Assembly: GCA_963666205.1 (NCBI GenBank)
Contig: OY762654.1
Span: forward strand, 160,001-224,000
Length of the DNA: 64,000 nucleotides
From: Synergistales bacterium
GTDB taxonomy: Bacteria > Synergistota > Synergistia > Synergistales > JAFGMB01
Direction of reading: 5' to 3'
The notes under the pieces were generated by a model. The model made no database searches, was not told where the DNA came from, and saw only the letters and a program-made list of their open reading frames with translations. Every line of letters begins with the position of its first letter. Within the stretch, counting starts at the first letter, position 1. The translations under genes and the position numbers were made by a program. Shown piece after piece: positions 10,205 through 21,810 of this stretch.

Positions 10205-11958
10205 TTAAATACCACCATATCCTGGAGTTGGTGTTGTAACTTATCTAACCAGTATTTCCCTTTTGTTTCAAGTTCTACATGGTCCAGATCACGTAGCTTG
10301 AGAAGATCTACCCTGAATGGTATTGATGATATCTGATCGTAGATCAGGCCACCTTCAAGTCTGATCTGAACAATATCATCAAGTTTTTTCAGAATTAACA
10401 GCAGTTGTTTTTGCTTATCCAGTGAACAGAAGGCATCAACATCTGAAAAAGCATTCTGCTGTAGATATACAACTTTGAGGATCTCCACTAGTTCAAGAAG
10501 CCATTTGTCCTGTTCAGAAAGACCGTCTCTACCAACAAGCTGCACAAGGTCTTTCAGTATTCTTTCCCGTTCAAGCATGTCCTTGAGATAAGATTTCAAG
10601 GACTTCCATTCAGGACCAAGTTCAGATGAAAAAAAATGTTCCAGAGTGTCTTCAAAAAGAGAATAGCTCTGTTGCCAGTTTATAGCTGGAAAATGTCTCT
10701 GCTGAGCTAATCGTTTGTCCAGTCCCCAGAAAACTCCAGATAACCTTAAGCTGGATTGTGTAACTGGTTCAGAAAAATCTCCTCCAGCTGGAGATACGGC
10801 ATTAATGACTGAGACTGAACCGTTACGGTCTGGTGTACCCATGTTCTTAACTCTACCTGCCCGTTCATAATATTGTGCCAGTCTGGTTCCCAGATACGCA
10901 GGATATCCCTCTTCTCCCGGCATTTCTTCTAACCTGCCGCCTATTTCACGCAGAGCTTCTGCCCATCTGGAAGTAGAGTCTGCCATAATAGCAACGTTAT
11001 ATCCCATATCCCTGTAATATTCAGCTATCGTCATACCGAGATAGATACTGGCTTCCCGGGCTGCTACTGGCATATTAGATGTATTTGCGATCAAAACCAT
11101 TCTTTCCATTAGAGGTGCATCATGATAAGGATCTGAAAGGACAGGAAATTCTTCCAGCACTTCAGTCATTTCGTTTCCACGTTCACCACAGCCTATATAA
11201 ACGATAATATCAGCGCTGCACCACTTGGCGAGAGATTGCTGTGTGACTGTTTTTCCGGTACCAAAACCTCCCGGCATTACTGCTGCTCCTCCAAGAGCCA
11301 TAGGGAACAGAGTATCAAGAACCCTCTGACCGGTAATCAGGGGTTGATCAAAGGGAAGTCTCTTTGTGACCGGTCGGGGTTGTCGTACTTCCCATGTCTG
11401 AGTTGCTTTTATTACATAACCGTTATCCAGAACGCACAGCTCATCAGAAACAGTGTATTCTCCCGGTGAGACAATTGTCCTGATTCTTGCCCTTGAAACA
11501 TCTGGCGGAACCATGATTCGATGGTTCAGAAAAGAAGTTTCAGGCATATCACCGATAATGGATCCAGGCCCCACTGAAGATCCGACTTCTAACGATGGTA
11601 AGAACTGCCATTTATGCTCAGGACAGAGGGGGCTAATATGAGATCCTTTCTTGAGAAAGATCCCCTCTTCGCCAAGTTCTGTTAATGGTCGCCCTATACC
11701 ATCAAGTACAGATCCAAGAAGACCCGGCCCGAGATCCAGTTGTAAAAGACTGCCTGAAAAATATACAGGTTCTCCTGTACACAGTCCGGAAGTGTCTTCA
11801 TAAACCTGTATGAAAATATTGTCGCCCAGGATACGGATAACTTCCCCTAGTAACTTATCGTGACCAACATGTGCTACCTCAAACATTCGTATGGCCAGAT
11901 CACTCTTTGCTTTTACAACTGGTCCCGAAATTCCGGTTATTTCACCTAGGTTAGACAT
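10201..11958 (-). CDS. atpA: A/V-type ATP synthase subunit A (catalytic)
   Basis: P-loop [38 protein letters not shown]. Confidence 0.98.
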   Translation of the reverse strand: MSNLGEITGISGPVVKAKSDLAIRMFEVAHVGHDKLLGEVIRILGDNIFIQVYEDTSGLCTGEPVYFSGSLLQLDLGPGLLGSVLDGIGRPLTELGEEGIFLKKGSHISPLCPEHKWQFLPSLEVGSSVGPGSIIGDMPETSFLNHRIMVPPDVSRARIRTIVSPGEYTVSDELCVLDNGYVIKATQTWEVRQPRPVTKRLPFDQPLITGQRVLDTLFPMALGGAAVMPGGFGTGKTVTQQSLAKWCSADIIVYIGCGERGNEMTEVLEEFPVLSDPYHDAPLMERMVLIANTSNMPVAAREASIYLGMTIAEYYRDMGYNVAIMADSTSRWAEALREIGGRLEEMPGEEGYPAYLGTRLAQYYERAGRVKNMGTPDRNGSVSVINAVSPAGGDFSEPVTQSSLRLSGVFWGLDKRLAQQRHFPAINWQQSYSLFEDTLEHFFSSELGPEWKSLKSYLKDMLERERILKDLVQLVGRDGLSEQDKWLLELVEILKVVYLQQNAFSDVDAFCSLDKQKQLLLILKKLDDIVQIRLEGGLIYDQISSIPFRVDLLKLRDLDHVELETKGKYWLDKLQHQLQDMVVFK

Positions 11959-11967
11959 CCTTACACC

Positions 11968-12234
11968 TCATATCAGGTCATTTGTTATGGATGGAAATGG
12001 TATTATTACCGGATCCTGAAGTCTTATCAGTTTTTGCCTGACAAGATCTGGCAAGTCATTGAGCCAGCTTTCTTCAACAATGACAAACCCTGTTTCTTCA
12101 TTCAGGATTTCTTTCATAAGCGTTGGGAAAACGGCGGGGTCTTCACAGATCATCTTCTCAAAACCTTCCAGGGCCCAAAGATCTACGAAAATCTGACGTC
12201 CTAGAACCAAAGCTCTTTTCGTTGAATCAGTCAT
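11968..12234 (-). CDS. atpF: A/V-type ATP synthase subunit F
   Basis: 88 aa between subunits C and A; ALVLG..LEG..GFVIVEE..PVIIPFP fits the subunit F pattern. Confidence 0.8.
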   Translation of the reverse strand: MTDSTKRALVLGRQIFVDLWALEGFEKMICEDPAVFPTLMKEILNEETGFVIVEESWLNDLPDLVRQKLIRLQDPVIIPFPSITNDLI

Positions 12235-12257
12235 ATAAAATCACCCATTACCTGAGA

Positions 12258-13325
12258 TTATACTGGAATAAGTCTTGCTATAAGCTCTTCGGGAGGTAAA
12301 TCCATGGCCAATCCTACGCATAAGAGATTCAGATTTTCCCATTCTACAAGTTGTCTGGCCATATAACCCATAGCTACTTCTATTCCAAGAGGATTTGATC
12401 TAAAAAGCTTCATCTGCCATTTCCACATATAAATATTGAGAGCTCTCTGAAAATCCTGAGGGGTTTGCCCTTCTATTCCCCTCAAAGCAGTTCGCCAGAT
12501 GGTACCATGTACGAGGTCAGCCATGGCTTTTGATCGACAGAGCCTGTCTGGATTAAACGATAAACCCTTCTCTATGAACAGCTGATCAGTTCTGTCTGAA
12601 ACAGGGTAACCTGTTCTCTGCCTGAGCCAGATCCCGATGTTCCATGTATCGACAGTCATACCTAACAGATTCCTCACGAGTTGTGAATTGGAAGTTGAAA
12701 GATGGCTAAGGGTTTCCCATAACTGATCAAGAATTCCCAGAAGCATTGTACGTTCGGCTTTCTGTAGGTCAAATCCATTTTGAAGATCAAGCAATGAGTG
12801 GGCAAGAGCAACTGCGAACGGGTGTCCATTGGAATAACACCTTTCCATTATCCCGACTAACGATGGAGATCTTTCCCAAAGGTCATTATAGAAGGAACTA
12901 CCAAGGGATCCATATGAATGCCACCGTGGAGGGGGCCCTGAAACAGTTCCAGTTGATAAAGATCTGAGGATAAGTCTCGAATTAAGCATATCTGCCCGGG
13001 AAAAGATGATTTCCAGAAGGATCAGAGGTTCGCCTTTTGCCAATTCCTTGATATGAAGGAGTTCAAGACATGTTCCATTTGCTATTGCATTTTCAATCCT
13101 TCCAAGAAGCGCCTGGCGAGTAACAGCCAGCTGCTCCCTATAGCTTATGCCATAGCGGCTATCAAGCAGGAATTGTTCAAAATCCTTAAGGTTCCCCTTT
13201 GATATGGATACATAATCATTCATCGTCAGAAAAGACGATGATCTTGCTCTGAGAGTTGCATTAAGATATCCGTAGTTTTCTGGAGTACTCTTTAACAGTT
13301 GGCCCAATAACCTGATCAATTTCAT
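12258..13325 (-). CDS. atpC: A/V-type ATP synthase subunit C (d)
   Basis: YGYLNATLRARSSSFL at the N-terminus; EWENLNL..GL..PPEELIARLI at the C-terminus; operon position. Confidence 0.85.
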   Translation of the reverse strand: MKLIRLLGQLLKSTPENYGYLNATLRARSSSFLTMNDYVSISKGNLKDFEQFLLDSRYGISYREQLAVTRQALLGRIENAIANGTCLELLHIKELAKGEPLILLEIIFSRADMLNSRLILRSLSTGTVSGPPPRWHSYGSLGSSFYNDLWERSPSLVGIMERCYSNGHPFAVALAHSLLDLQNGFDLQKAERTMLLGILDQLWETLSHLSTSNSQLVRNLLGMTVDTWNIGIWLRQRTGYPVSDRTDQLFIEKGLSFNPDRLCRSKAMADLVHGTIWRTALRGIEGQTPQDFQRALNIYMWKWQMKLFRSNPLGIEVAMGYMARQLVEWENLNLLCVGLAMDLPPEELIARLIPV

Positions 13326-13902
13326 GCGTAAGCCTTTCAGATAAAAGAGGAAGCATTCTTAACCATCGAGTTCTGAAGGTATTATCGATAATCATCTGTC
13401 CGGAACCAGATTCTTTGACTACAGACCCCCCCCAGATATCATAAGGGTTTTCCCTGATCTCCAATATTGCAGAAGATCTACGTACGAGTGGAATATCTCT
13501 TTTCAACAAGTATAAAACAGACGGTTTTCCTATTACTTGAAGACCTTCAATTATAAGGTTATTCAAAACCTTTTCATATTTGACAGTGTCCTTTCTCAAG
13601 AGGAGTATCTTTTCTTTAAGCATGACTTCAACAAGAGCTATTCTTTCCGCATGGATTTGTATGAGACAGTTTCTAAGTTGCTGCTGCACATGTAATTCCT
13701 GTCTCTGCATACGGGATTTTAACAGCGTTCTATGCTCTGCTCTTATTTGTTCGACCTGTTTTTCAACCTTCATCCTCTTAGAGATAACAATATCAGCAAG
13801 CTGATCATCTATACTGGATTTCAATTCAGCAAGTCTATCCAGATGATCATTTCTTAGAGCCTTTTTAAAGTTTTCCAGATCCGGCTTTTGTTCTTCTATC
13901 AC
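13261..13902 (-). CDS. atpE: A/V-type ATP synthase subunit E
   Basis: Coiled-coil N-terminus, C-terminal GG..V....G...IDNTF..R; between K and C. Confidence 0.85.
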   Translation of the reverse strand: MIEEQKPDLENFKKALRNDHLDRLAELKSSIDDQLADIVISKRMKVEKQVEQIRAEHRTLLKSRMQRQELHVQQQLRNCLIQIHAERIALVEVMLKEKILLLRKDTVKYEKVLNNLIIEGLQVIGKPSVLYLLKRDIPLVRRSSAILEIRENPYDIWGGSVVKESGSGQMIIDNTFRTRWLRMLPLLSERLTHEIDQVIGPTVKEYSRKLRIS

Positions 13903-13931
13903 TGATTATAACCTCCATGATTATCCAGATT

Positions 13932-14150
13932 TTATGCAAACTGGAGAATCAGCATTATGGCAACAACAAAACCCAGAATAACCATTGTTTCCGGTATGGC
14001 TTCAAGAATGATAATAATACCTGCAGTTTCAGGTTTTTCTGCAACTGTTCCAGCACCAGCGCTTCCTATTTTAGCTTGTGCATATGCTGTAGCGAAAGCG
14101 GGGATACCAACGGCCAATGCCGCAGCTAAAGCTATGATCGCCTTTTCCAA
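13932..14150 (-). CDS. atpK: A/V-type ATP synthase subunit K/c (single-hairpin proteolipid)
   Basis: Two hydrophobic helices, AQAKIGSAG, AEKP loop, conserved PET carboxylate; TTG start. Confidence 0.95.
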   Translation of the reverse strand: MEKAIIALAAALAVGIPAFATAYAQAKIGSAGAGTVAEKPETAGIIIILEAIPETMVILGFVVAIMLILQFA

Positions 14151-16042
14151 CGAGTTTCCCTCCTTTTCGAAAATGGTTTATAGTATTTTCCAGCTCCGGA
14201 ATAAAACTTGCCCATAAATTCCACGTAGTGTAATCTTGCAGAATGTAGACCAGAACCTCCCAAAGCAAGAATAAAATTAAGTATGTGAATAGCTAAAGCC
14301 ATGAAAATCCCAAGTACAGATAATCCAAAGACATCTACAAACCTTGAAGCCACAACAGCCAGGATCGCTGAAGAAAGACCAATTGCAGCTATACGAACAT
14401 AACTCAGAATGTTGCCTATGGATCCCATAGCTTCAATAAGTCCTCCCATTCCCCCTCCGATCATCAGAATAAGGAATCCAATTATCAGTGCAGATATGGC
14501 GAGGGTAAAGAAACTTTCAGGTAGCCAGCCCTTTAAGATCACAAGCAAGCCAAAAAGAGCAAGTATAATTATGAAATTACCGGTTTTTTCCATCCAGATA
14601 TGATGTTTTTTCCGTTTGATTCCATGGTAGATACCAAGGAGTAAACCAAGGAGAACATGGGCAGCTCCAAGGGATATGGTAAATATCATCACCGGCATTA
14701 CAGTATGGGATCGCTCTAACCATATTGGTTCCATGTGAAAAAGTCTGAGACCTAGATCACCGAAGAATTCGCCGAAGGCAAGACCCCAGATACTGCTCCA
14801 GACCCCAACAGCAAGGAGAACGTGTCCCAGATCTGCAAGCAACTGTTGTCCCCTTTTTTTCTTTAACCATAAACCAAGCAGCAGTATCAGAAGGCCATAT
14901 CCGATATCGCCAACCATACATCCGGAAAACAGGGGAAAGAATATGGCAATGAATGCTGTTGGATCAATCGTCTTGTATGAAGGAGCCTGTAATAGTTTCA
15001 GAAATATCTCGAAGGGTCTGAAAGCCGGGATATTATATAGAGAGGTAGGTACTGTATGCCATTCTTCAGATGAAGGATACCTCCATCTATAAATTACCCT
15101 GTCGGCAAAAGCGTCAGTAAGAGTTTTCATCGTTATATCAAGGCTGTCTGATGGAATCCAACCTTCAATGAGGAAAAGAGGACCCTTTTCACTGGTAGAA
15201 TTTTCTACCAGTAATTGTTCAAGTTTTTCATCGGCCAGAATATAAAACGCTGCGAGCTTAGGACCCCATTCTTCACGGGCCAGAGCGAGTTCCGAACGTA
15301 TCTCTTCAAGTCTTTTGGGTATCCAGATCAGACCTTCCTCAACAGCTTCAACAGAATAGAGAGCAGTATCCCTTTCATAATCTGCTGGAGGGTGCCATTT
15401 AACCCCCCCAAGACTTGTCATAACTCTGGACATCGCCTCGGCTACATCGTTGTGGACACTAAGAGAAAGAAGAACCTCCTTATCCCTGACCTGGAAACTG
15501 TGATATGAAAGATATTCTCTGTCTTTAACCGGTGTAAGTCTGCGTATTTCTTTTCTAAGATCAGACAGGGATCTGGAAAGTGTACGTTTATTTACCCACC
15601 AGAGAGATGTAACCATACCTTTGGATTCTTCTTCACTCAGGAATGACTCAAAATGATGGATTACATCATGAGTGTGATGTAGCTTCAATTGAAGTTCTTT
15701 CAGGGACTTCTCTTCTTCCCTCATCCTGCTTATCCGTATCTGGAACATGTCAAGGCTCTTATCAACTTCCTGAATGATATCATCCAGGGGAAGGGTAAAG
15801 CTCATTCGAGCCTTTTGGATCGGATCTTCATTCAATCTGTTCCAGTCATCCCACTCAAGGGCTTCCAACATACCAAGAAGCTTGCTCCTCAACAGGCGCA
15901 AGCTATCTATCTGTTCATTGGATAATATACTTGAATGAGGGCTCTCCATGTGTAAAACGCCAAGTTCGTGAAGGCAGTTTACAACTCCGGATCTTTCATT
16001 TACAAGACCCCAGACAGCCAGACGTACCATTTCCCTTATCAA
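14132..16042 (-). CDS. atpI: A/V-type ATP synthase subunit I (a)
   Basis: DPT..F..MVGDIGYG, GEFFG, LSYVRIAA (essential Arg), RLHYVEF..KFY. Confidence 0.96.
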   Translation of the reverse strand: MIREMVRLAVWGLVNERSGVVNCLHELGVLHMESPHSSILSNEQIDSLRLLRSKLLGMLEALEWDDWNRLNEDPIQKARMSFTLPLDDIIQEVDKSLDMFQIRISRMREEEKSLKELQLKLHHTHDVIHHFESFLSEEESKGMVTSLWWVNKRTLSRSLSDLRKEIRRLTPVKDREYLSYHSFQVRDKEVLLSLSVHNDVAEAMSRVMTSLGGVKWHPPADYERDTALYSVEAVEEGLIWIPKRLEEIRSELALAREEWGPKLAAFYILADEKLEQLLVENSTSEKGPLFLIEGWIPSDSLDITMKTLTDAFADRVIYRWRYPSSEEWHTVPTSLYNIPAFRPFEIFLKLLQAPSYKTIDPTAFIAIFFPLFSGCMVGDIGYGLLILLLGLWLKKKRGQQLLADLGHVLLAVGVWSSIWGLAFGEFFGDLGLRLFHMEPIWLERSHTVMPVMIFTISLGAAHVLLGLLLGIYHGIKRKKHHIWMEKTGNFIIILALFGLLVILKGWLPESFFTLAISALIIGFLILMIGGGMGGLIEAMGSIGNILSYVRIAAIGLSSAILAVVASRFVDVFGLSVLGIFMALAIHILNFILALGGSGLHSARLHYVEFMGKFYSGAGKYYKPFSKRRETRWKRRS

Positions 16043-16056
16043 ATAACCAACTCCAA

Positions 16057-16407
16057 TTATTTTCCCGGTTTTGTTATAGCATTAAAAACCCAGTCTACGA
16101 TGTTCTCAAGATCTGGCTGATTTTCTTTATCTGAAACGAGAGTTGATCTGAATGCCTCAATCTGATCTGCCTGATCCAGTTGAGTTGATTTCAAACGTTG
16201 TTCACACTCATTCCATTCACTATGTGTTTTTTCAATCGTTTTGAGTGAAATGTCCTCCAGGTGCTGAGTAGCGTTATGAAGTTCCTGAAGAAGCATTTTC
16301 TCTTGAGCCTTTAACTGGCTTTCCAGTTCGTGTCGGAAATCATCTAGTTCTTCCTGTATATCCCAGTTATTTTCTGATGAAGTCAGGGAATGTTCATTCT
16401 TCTTCAT
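16057..16407 (-). CDS. Coiled-coil protein, probable divergent A/V-ATPase peripheral stalk subunit G/H
   Basis: 116-aa helical, charged protein directly upstream of subunit I, ending IVDWVFNAI. The assignment is mostly positional. Confidence 0.55.
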   Translation of the reverse strand: MKKNEHSLTSSENNWDIQEELDDFRHELESQLKAQEKMLLQELHNATQHLEDISLKTIEKTHSEWNECEQRLKSTQLDQADQIEAFRSTLVSDKENQPDLENIVDWVFNAITKPGK

Positions 16408-16861
16408 TCAGGGTATCTGCCTCCATCAGGAATTCACAGAAAGCACCCCTGTCTATTATGCCTACCAGTTTTCCATTTTCCACGACAGGGAGTCTCTTTA
16501 CCTTTTTTCGCAACATAAGATCTGCGACTATCATCAGACTGGTTGCGGGTTCAACATAAATGGGTTTTGTATTCATAAATTCGCTCACTTGTGTGTTTCC
16601 CAGTGTTTTGAAGCGATCCAAAAGGCTGCATTCCTCATCGTTCAGAAAAGAGCTCTGGGCAATAACCTCAAGATAAGTGGGAAGGGCTGCCTTAAGAACA
16701 TCAGATTCAGAAAGATATCCCATCAAGACCCAGTCTTCACGAATTACAGGGATCCCAGACAGATTATGACTATAAAGAATATGTACGGCATCATGGATCA
16801 GATCGTCCTCCATGACAGCAGTCAGATCTCGCTGCATAAGAGTCTGTGCCTTCGTATTCAT
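16394..16861 (-). CDS. Stand-alone CBS-pair (Bateman) domain protein
   Basis: SGIPVI..GYLSESDV and KRLPVVENGKLVGIIDRG; probable start ATG 16861 (MNTKAQTLM). Confidence 0.9.
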   Translation of the reverse strand: MNTKAQTLMQRDLTAVMEDDLIHDAVHILYSHNLSGIPVIREDWVLMGYLSESDVLKAALPTYLEVIAQSSFLNDEECSLLDRFKTLGNTQVSEFMNTKPIYVEPATSLMIVADLMLRKKVKRLPVVENGKLVGIIDRGAFCEFLMEADTLNEEE

Positions 16862-16863
16862 TT

Positions 16864-18603
16864 CTATCGAACCTTCTTTTGAAATAACAGATGAATTTTG
16901 GTGAAGATAACTTGAACAAGAAAGAAGAAAAGGTTCAGATCTCTTCTTAGTCTCCAGGGTTCCTGGATCAATCGGTAAAGCCATTCAAGGTTCAGCTTCT
17001 GAAAAGTCTCGGGTGCTCGACGGATATTTCCGGAAATCACGTCAAAAGCTCCTCCTACCCCAACAGCACAAATGTTACCGATCTTGCCAATATTTTCAGC
17101 GATCCATTCTTCCTGTAAAGGTACTCCCATTCCAGCAAAGAGGATCCTGGCTCCGGATGCCTTAATCGATTCAATCACAGATGGAGTATCATCTTCTGTA
17201 AAATATCCGTTCCTGTACCCCGATATGGTCAGTCCGGGATACTTTTTCTGAAGTGTTAGGGCAGCTTTGGCTACAATAGGATCAGTGCTGCCAAGAAGGT
17301 AAACTGAAAAGTCCTCAGAGGCTGCAGATCTGCAGACCTGTTCAAGAAAGTCTATTCCAGTGACTCTTTCCTGGACTGGAGTTCCAAGACATTTCATAGC
17401 CCAGAGAATACCTGCACCATCTGGTAAGGAGAGATCTGCCTGATTAGTAATTGCGCGATACTTTGCATGAGTTCTTCCAAGGTACGCGGATAACGCATTA
17501 ACAGTCACGACAATGAAAGGTCTGGTTCCATTCTTTGCACTGCTAATAAATCTGGAAACTGCATAATTCATTGATACATTATCTATAGGGATACCCCATA
17601 AATATGGTTTCCTGCAGGTATGTTCCTTCGCTAAAATGGCATTGAGGACAGGAAGGGAGAACACAAAAGAAGAAGAAAAAACAACAGATGAAACTATTAA
17701 TGCGTTTCCGGGACTCGTAAGTTGAAAGACCGTGACAATTGAGCCAATAGTAGCACAGATAAGTGTTATCAGGTGTACTGCAGTTGGATGATCAAGACCT
17801 CTTTTTACAAGCTCTCGATAAAGAAGCATTGCTCCCTTTGGTTTTTCTGAAAGGGCAAGGCTGGCGAAATGCAGCGAAGTTTCCATAATAGGTATGGCAA
17901 AAAGTCCTATGGGAATTACAATCAGAGTACTCAGGGTTATACCTTTACTGACCCCCAGAACCGATGTACCAGCAACAATTACACCCCAGAATGATGAAAG
18001 GGGTTTGCCAAGTTGTCTGTAAAGATGTCCATGTCGACTCCAGAAAAGTGCTAGCAGAGCCAGACCGGAAAAAGACATCATGAATGCATTACCAAGATCC
18101 TGACCAGAAACGAGGGTTACTATGAGTACCAGAACAAAGGTAATAGCCAGAAGATGGCCAACCATTCCCGGAACGTTGTCCAACTCCTGCAGCAGTAAAG
18201 GGAACATAGTTATCCATAGAGCAGTAACAACTATAGAGAACAGTGGGGAAAGAAAGAGATATTCTCCGCCAGGAAGTCCTATAAAAGAAATACGGGGGCC
18301 GAGAAGAGAGAAAAGCAAGCCAACAGAAATGTACATCCATCTAAGGTTCCGATCCGGATTTATGTGCTGGACCATTCCTAAGGCAAGGGAAATGACAGAA
18401 CAGCCTACAATAACACGAAGTACACTGGTACCGAATGAAGAAATCAGAATAAACCAACTACCAACAAGGAGCAGGTCACGGAAATAATCATATTGAACTT
18501 TATTAAGGATCTTCTTGCAGAAACGCTGTGTAAAAAAACAGAATATGACTCCTGAACACAGGGCAAAGATAAATGAGTGTATATTTATACTTAGAGAGGG
18601 CAC
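16864..18603 (-). CDS. Fusion of a degenerate MraY/WecA/TagO-like membrane domain and a WecB/TagA/CpsF glycosyltransferase
   Basis: About 10-11 hydrophobic segments, then intact TagA motifs (LPDGAG, ERVTGIDF, GMGVPLQEEW, GVGGAFD, RAP, EWLYRLIQEPWR). GTG 18603 follows an AGGAGG RBS. Confidence 0.85.
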   Translation of the reverse strand: MPSLSINIHSFIFALCSGVIFCFFTQRFCKKILNKVQYDYFRDLLLVGSWFILISSFGTSVLRVIVGCSVISLALGMVQHINPDRNLRWMYISVGLLFSLLGPRISFIGLPGGEYLFLSPLFSIVVTALWITMFPLLLQELDNVPGMVGHLLAITFVLVLIVTLVSGQDLGNAFMMSFSGLALLALFWSRHGHLYRQLGKPLSSFWGVIVAGTSVLGVSKGITLSTLIVIPIGLFAIPIMETSLHFASLALSEKPKGAMLLYRELVKRGLDHPTAVHLITLICATIGSIVTVFQLTSPGNALIVSSVVFSSSFVFSLPVLNAILAKEHTCRKPYLWGIPIDNVSMNYAVSRFISSAKNGTRPFIVVTVNALSAYLGRTHAKYRAITNQADLSLPDGAGILWAMKCLGTPVQERVTGIDFLEQVCRSAASEDFSVYLLGSTDPIVAKAALTLQKKYPGLTISGYRNGYFTEDDTPSVIESIKASGARILFAGMGVPLQEEWIAENIGKIGNICAVGVGGAFDVISGNIRRAPETFQKLNLEWLYRLIQEPWRLRRDLNLFFFLVQVIFTKIHLLFQKKVR

Positions 18604-18691
18604 GCAAGGAGTCCTCCTTTCAAAGCTTTCATGCGAATACATATTTTAAGGATCAGGATGTAATCAACAACCCTATTTTACCAAGATTAAA

Positions 18692-18739
18692 GTAGATTTT
18701 CCATTTACCCTGTAAGCAGTCAGGTAAATGGAAATCTAC
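18692..18739 (-). terminator. Hairpin downstream of serS
   Basis: GTAGATTT(T)CCATTTACC / GGTAAATGGAAATCTAC inverted repeat; short U-tract. Confidence 0.6.
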
Positions 18740-18745
18740 AAACAC

Positions 18746-20038
<1,293 letters not shown>

Positions 20039-20515
20039 TCAAGCCTCCTCTGTGCGGATCTCTTTAAGGACATTGGCCATTTCCAGTACTGCGACAGCGG
20101 TTTCAGCACCCTTGTTACCACTTTTACTGCCTGCTCTGAGGAGAGCCTGCTCAAGATTATCACAGGTAAGGACACCAAATCCTATGGGAACCCTATGTTG
20201 GAGACTGACTTGGGAAATACCTTTTGACATTTCAGCGGAAACATATTCAAAATGGGGTGTATCTCCCCTGATAACCGCTCCAACAGCTATGATACCGTCA
20301 TAAATTCCCTTTAGAGCTATTTCCTTTGCGAGGAGAGGTATCTCCCATGCACCCGGTACCCAGACTAAATCGACATTCTGGGGATTTACACCATGTCTGA
20401 AAAGTGCATCTTTGGCACCATCAAGAAGCCGGGATGAGATTAATTCATTAAAACGAGAAGAGATAAGGCAGAATCTCAACCCCGTCCCTATAAGTTTTCC
20501 CTGGATGATCTTCAT
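20039..20515 (-). CDS. ribH: 6,7-dimethyl-8-ribityllumazine synthase
   Basis: SRFN, VPGAWEIP, GAVIRGDTPHFEYV, GNKG. Confidence 0.98.
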   Translation of the reverse strand: MKIIQGKLIGTGLRFCLISSRFNELISSRLLDGAKDALFRHGVNPQNVDLVWVPGAWEIPLLAKEIALKGIYDGIIAVGAVIRGDTPHFEYVSAEMSKGISQVSLQHRVPIGFGVLTCDNLEQALLRAGSKSGNKGAETAVAVLEMANVLKEIRTEEA

Positions 20516-20543
20516 AACAGATTCTCCTTCCGATTTGAATGTT

Positions 20544-21788
20544 TTAGTGCAGAATATCTTTCAGATGCAAAAGATGCCCCATCTTTTCCTTTTTTGACTG
20601 CAGATAAAAGGCATTATATTCATTAGGATCGATCTCAATAGGAATACGTTCTGTTATTTCCAGACCATATCCCTGTAGTCCAACTATTTTTCTTGGATTG
20701 TTTGTGATCAGTTTTATCGTCTTAATCCCCAGATCGGAAAGTATCTGGGCACCTATACCGTAATCACGTAGATCATCCTCATGACCTAAAGCTACATTCG
20801 CTTCGACTGTATCAAGACCCTCTTCCTGAAGTTTATAAGCCTTGAGTTTTTCAAGAAGGCCGATACCCCTGCCTTCCTGTCTCATGTAAAGAAGTACACC
20901 CTGACCCTCGCTTTCGATCATTTGCATGGCCTTGTGAAGTTGTGGCCCACAGTCACATCTCAATGATCCGAAAACATCCCCTGTAAGGCATTCAGAATGT
21001 ACCCTGACCAGGACCTCATCCTTGTTGTGCACATCTCCTTTCACAAGAGCAATATGCAATCTGTCCTGAACATCTTCAAGAATAGCCCTGTAAGCATGGG
21101 CTATAAAAATACCATAGCTGGTAGGTAGCTTGACAGTTGCTTCTTTGATTACAAGTTTTTCCTGTGAAGAACGAAATGCTATCAGATCTTCTATTGTAAC
21201 TATTTTCAGGTCATGATTTCTGGCAAATTCCAGCAGATCAGGGAGCCTGGCCATGGACCCATCATCGTTCATTATTTCGCAGATAACTGCAGCAGGCTGA
21301 AGATCTGCAAGTCTCAATAGATCAGTGGCCGCTTCCGTATGGCCAGCCCTCTTGAGAACTCCTCCATTTCTTGCAATAAGAGGAAACATATGCCCAGGTC
21401 TCACAAAATCTTCAGGTGCAGCTTCGGGATCAGCAAGAAGCCTGGCAGTCATACTTCTTTCTGCGGCAGATATCCCGGTAGTTGTTCCATTTTTGGCATC
21501 AACTGATACAGTAAACGCTGTACAGTGTTTTTCCGTATTATTTAATACCATTAATTCAAGGTCTATCTGTTTTGCTCTATCTTCTGAAATGGGGACGCAT
21601 ATAAGTCCTCTCGCATACCGTGTCATGAAATTAATATCTTCTCTGGTAGCCATTTGGGCAGCCATAACAAGGTCACCCTCGTTTTCGCGACATCGGTCAT
21701 CTACCACTATGACCATTTTCCCTTCCTTAATGTCTTCTATAGCTTCATCGATCGTATTCAGATGTTCATCATAATGATCGCATGTCAT
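20544..21788 (-). CDS. ribBA: Bifunctional DHBP synthase / GTP cyclohydrolase II
   Basis: [39 protein letters not shown]; start ATG 21788 after GGAGG. Confidence 0.97.
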   Translation of the reverse strand: MTCDHYDEHLNTIDEAIEDIKEGKMVIVVDDRCRENEGDLVMAAQMATREDINFMTRYARGLICVPISEDRAKQIDLELMVLNNTEKHCTAFTVSVDAKNGTTTGISAAERSMTARLLADPEAAPEDFVRPGHMFPLIARNGGVLKRAGHTEAATDLLRLADLQPAAVICEIMNDDGSMARLPDLLEFARNHDLKIVTIEDLIAFRSSQEKLVIKEATVKLPTSYGIFIAHAYRAILEDVQDRLHIALVKGDVHNKDEVLVRVHSECLTGDVFGSLRCDCGPQLHKAMQMIESEGQGVLLYMRQEGRGIGLLEKLKAYKLQEEGLDTVEANVALGHEDDLRDYGIGAQILSDLGIKTIKLITNNPRKIVGLQGYGLEITERIPIEIDPNEYNAFYLQSKKEKMGHLLHLKDILH

Positions 21789-21810
21789 CGTTGTTTTCGC
21801 CTCCGAATAT

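Noticed and set aside
18606..18619. RBS of the TagA fusion followed by a complementary CTCCTT
   Set aside because: Only a 5-bp stem with a 4-nt loop is possible; too weak to claim translational control.
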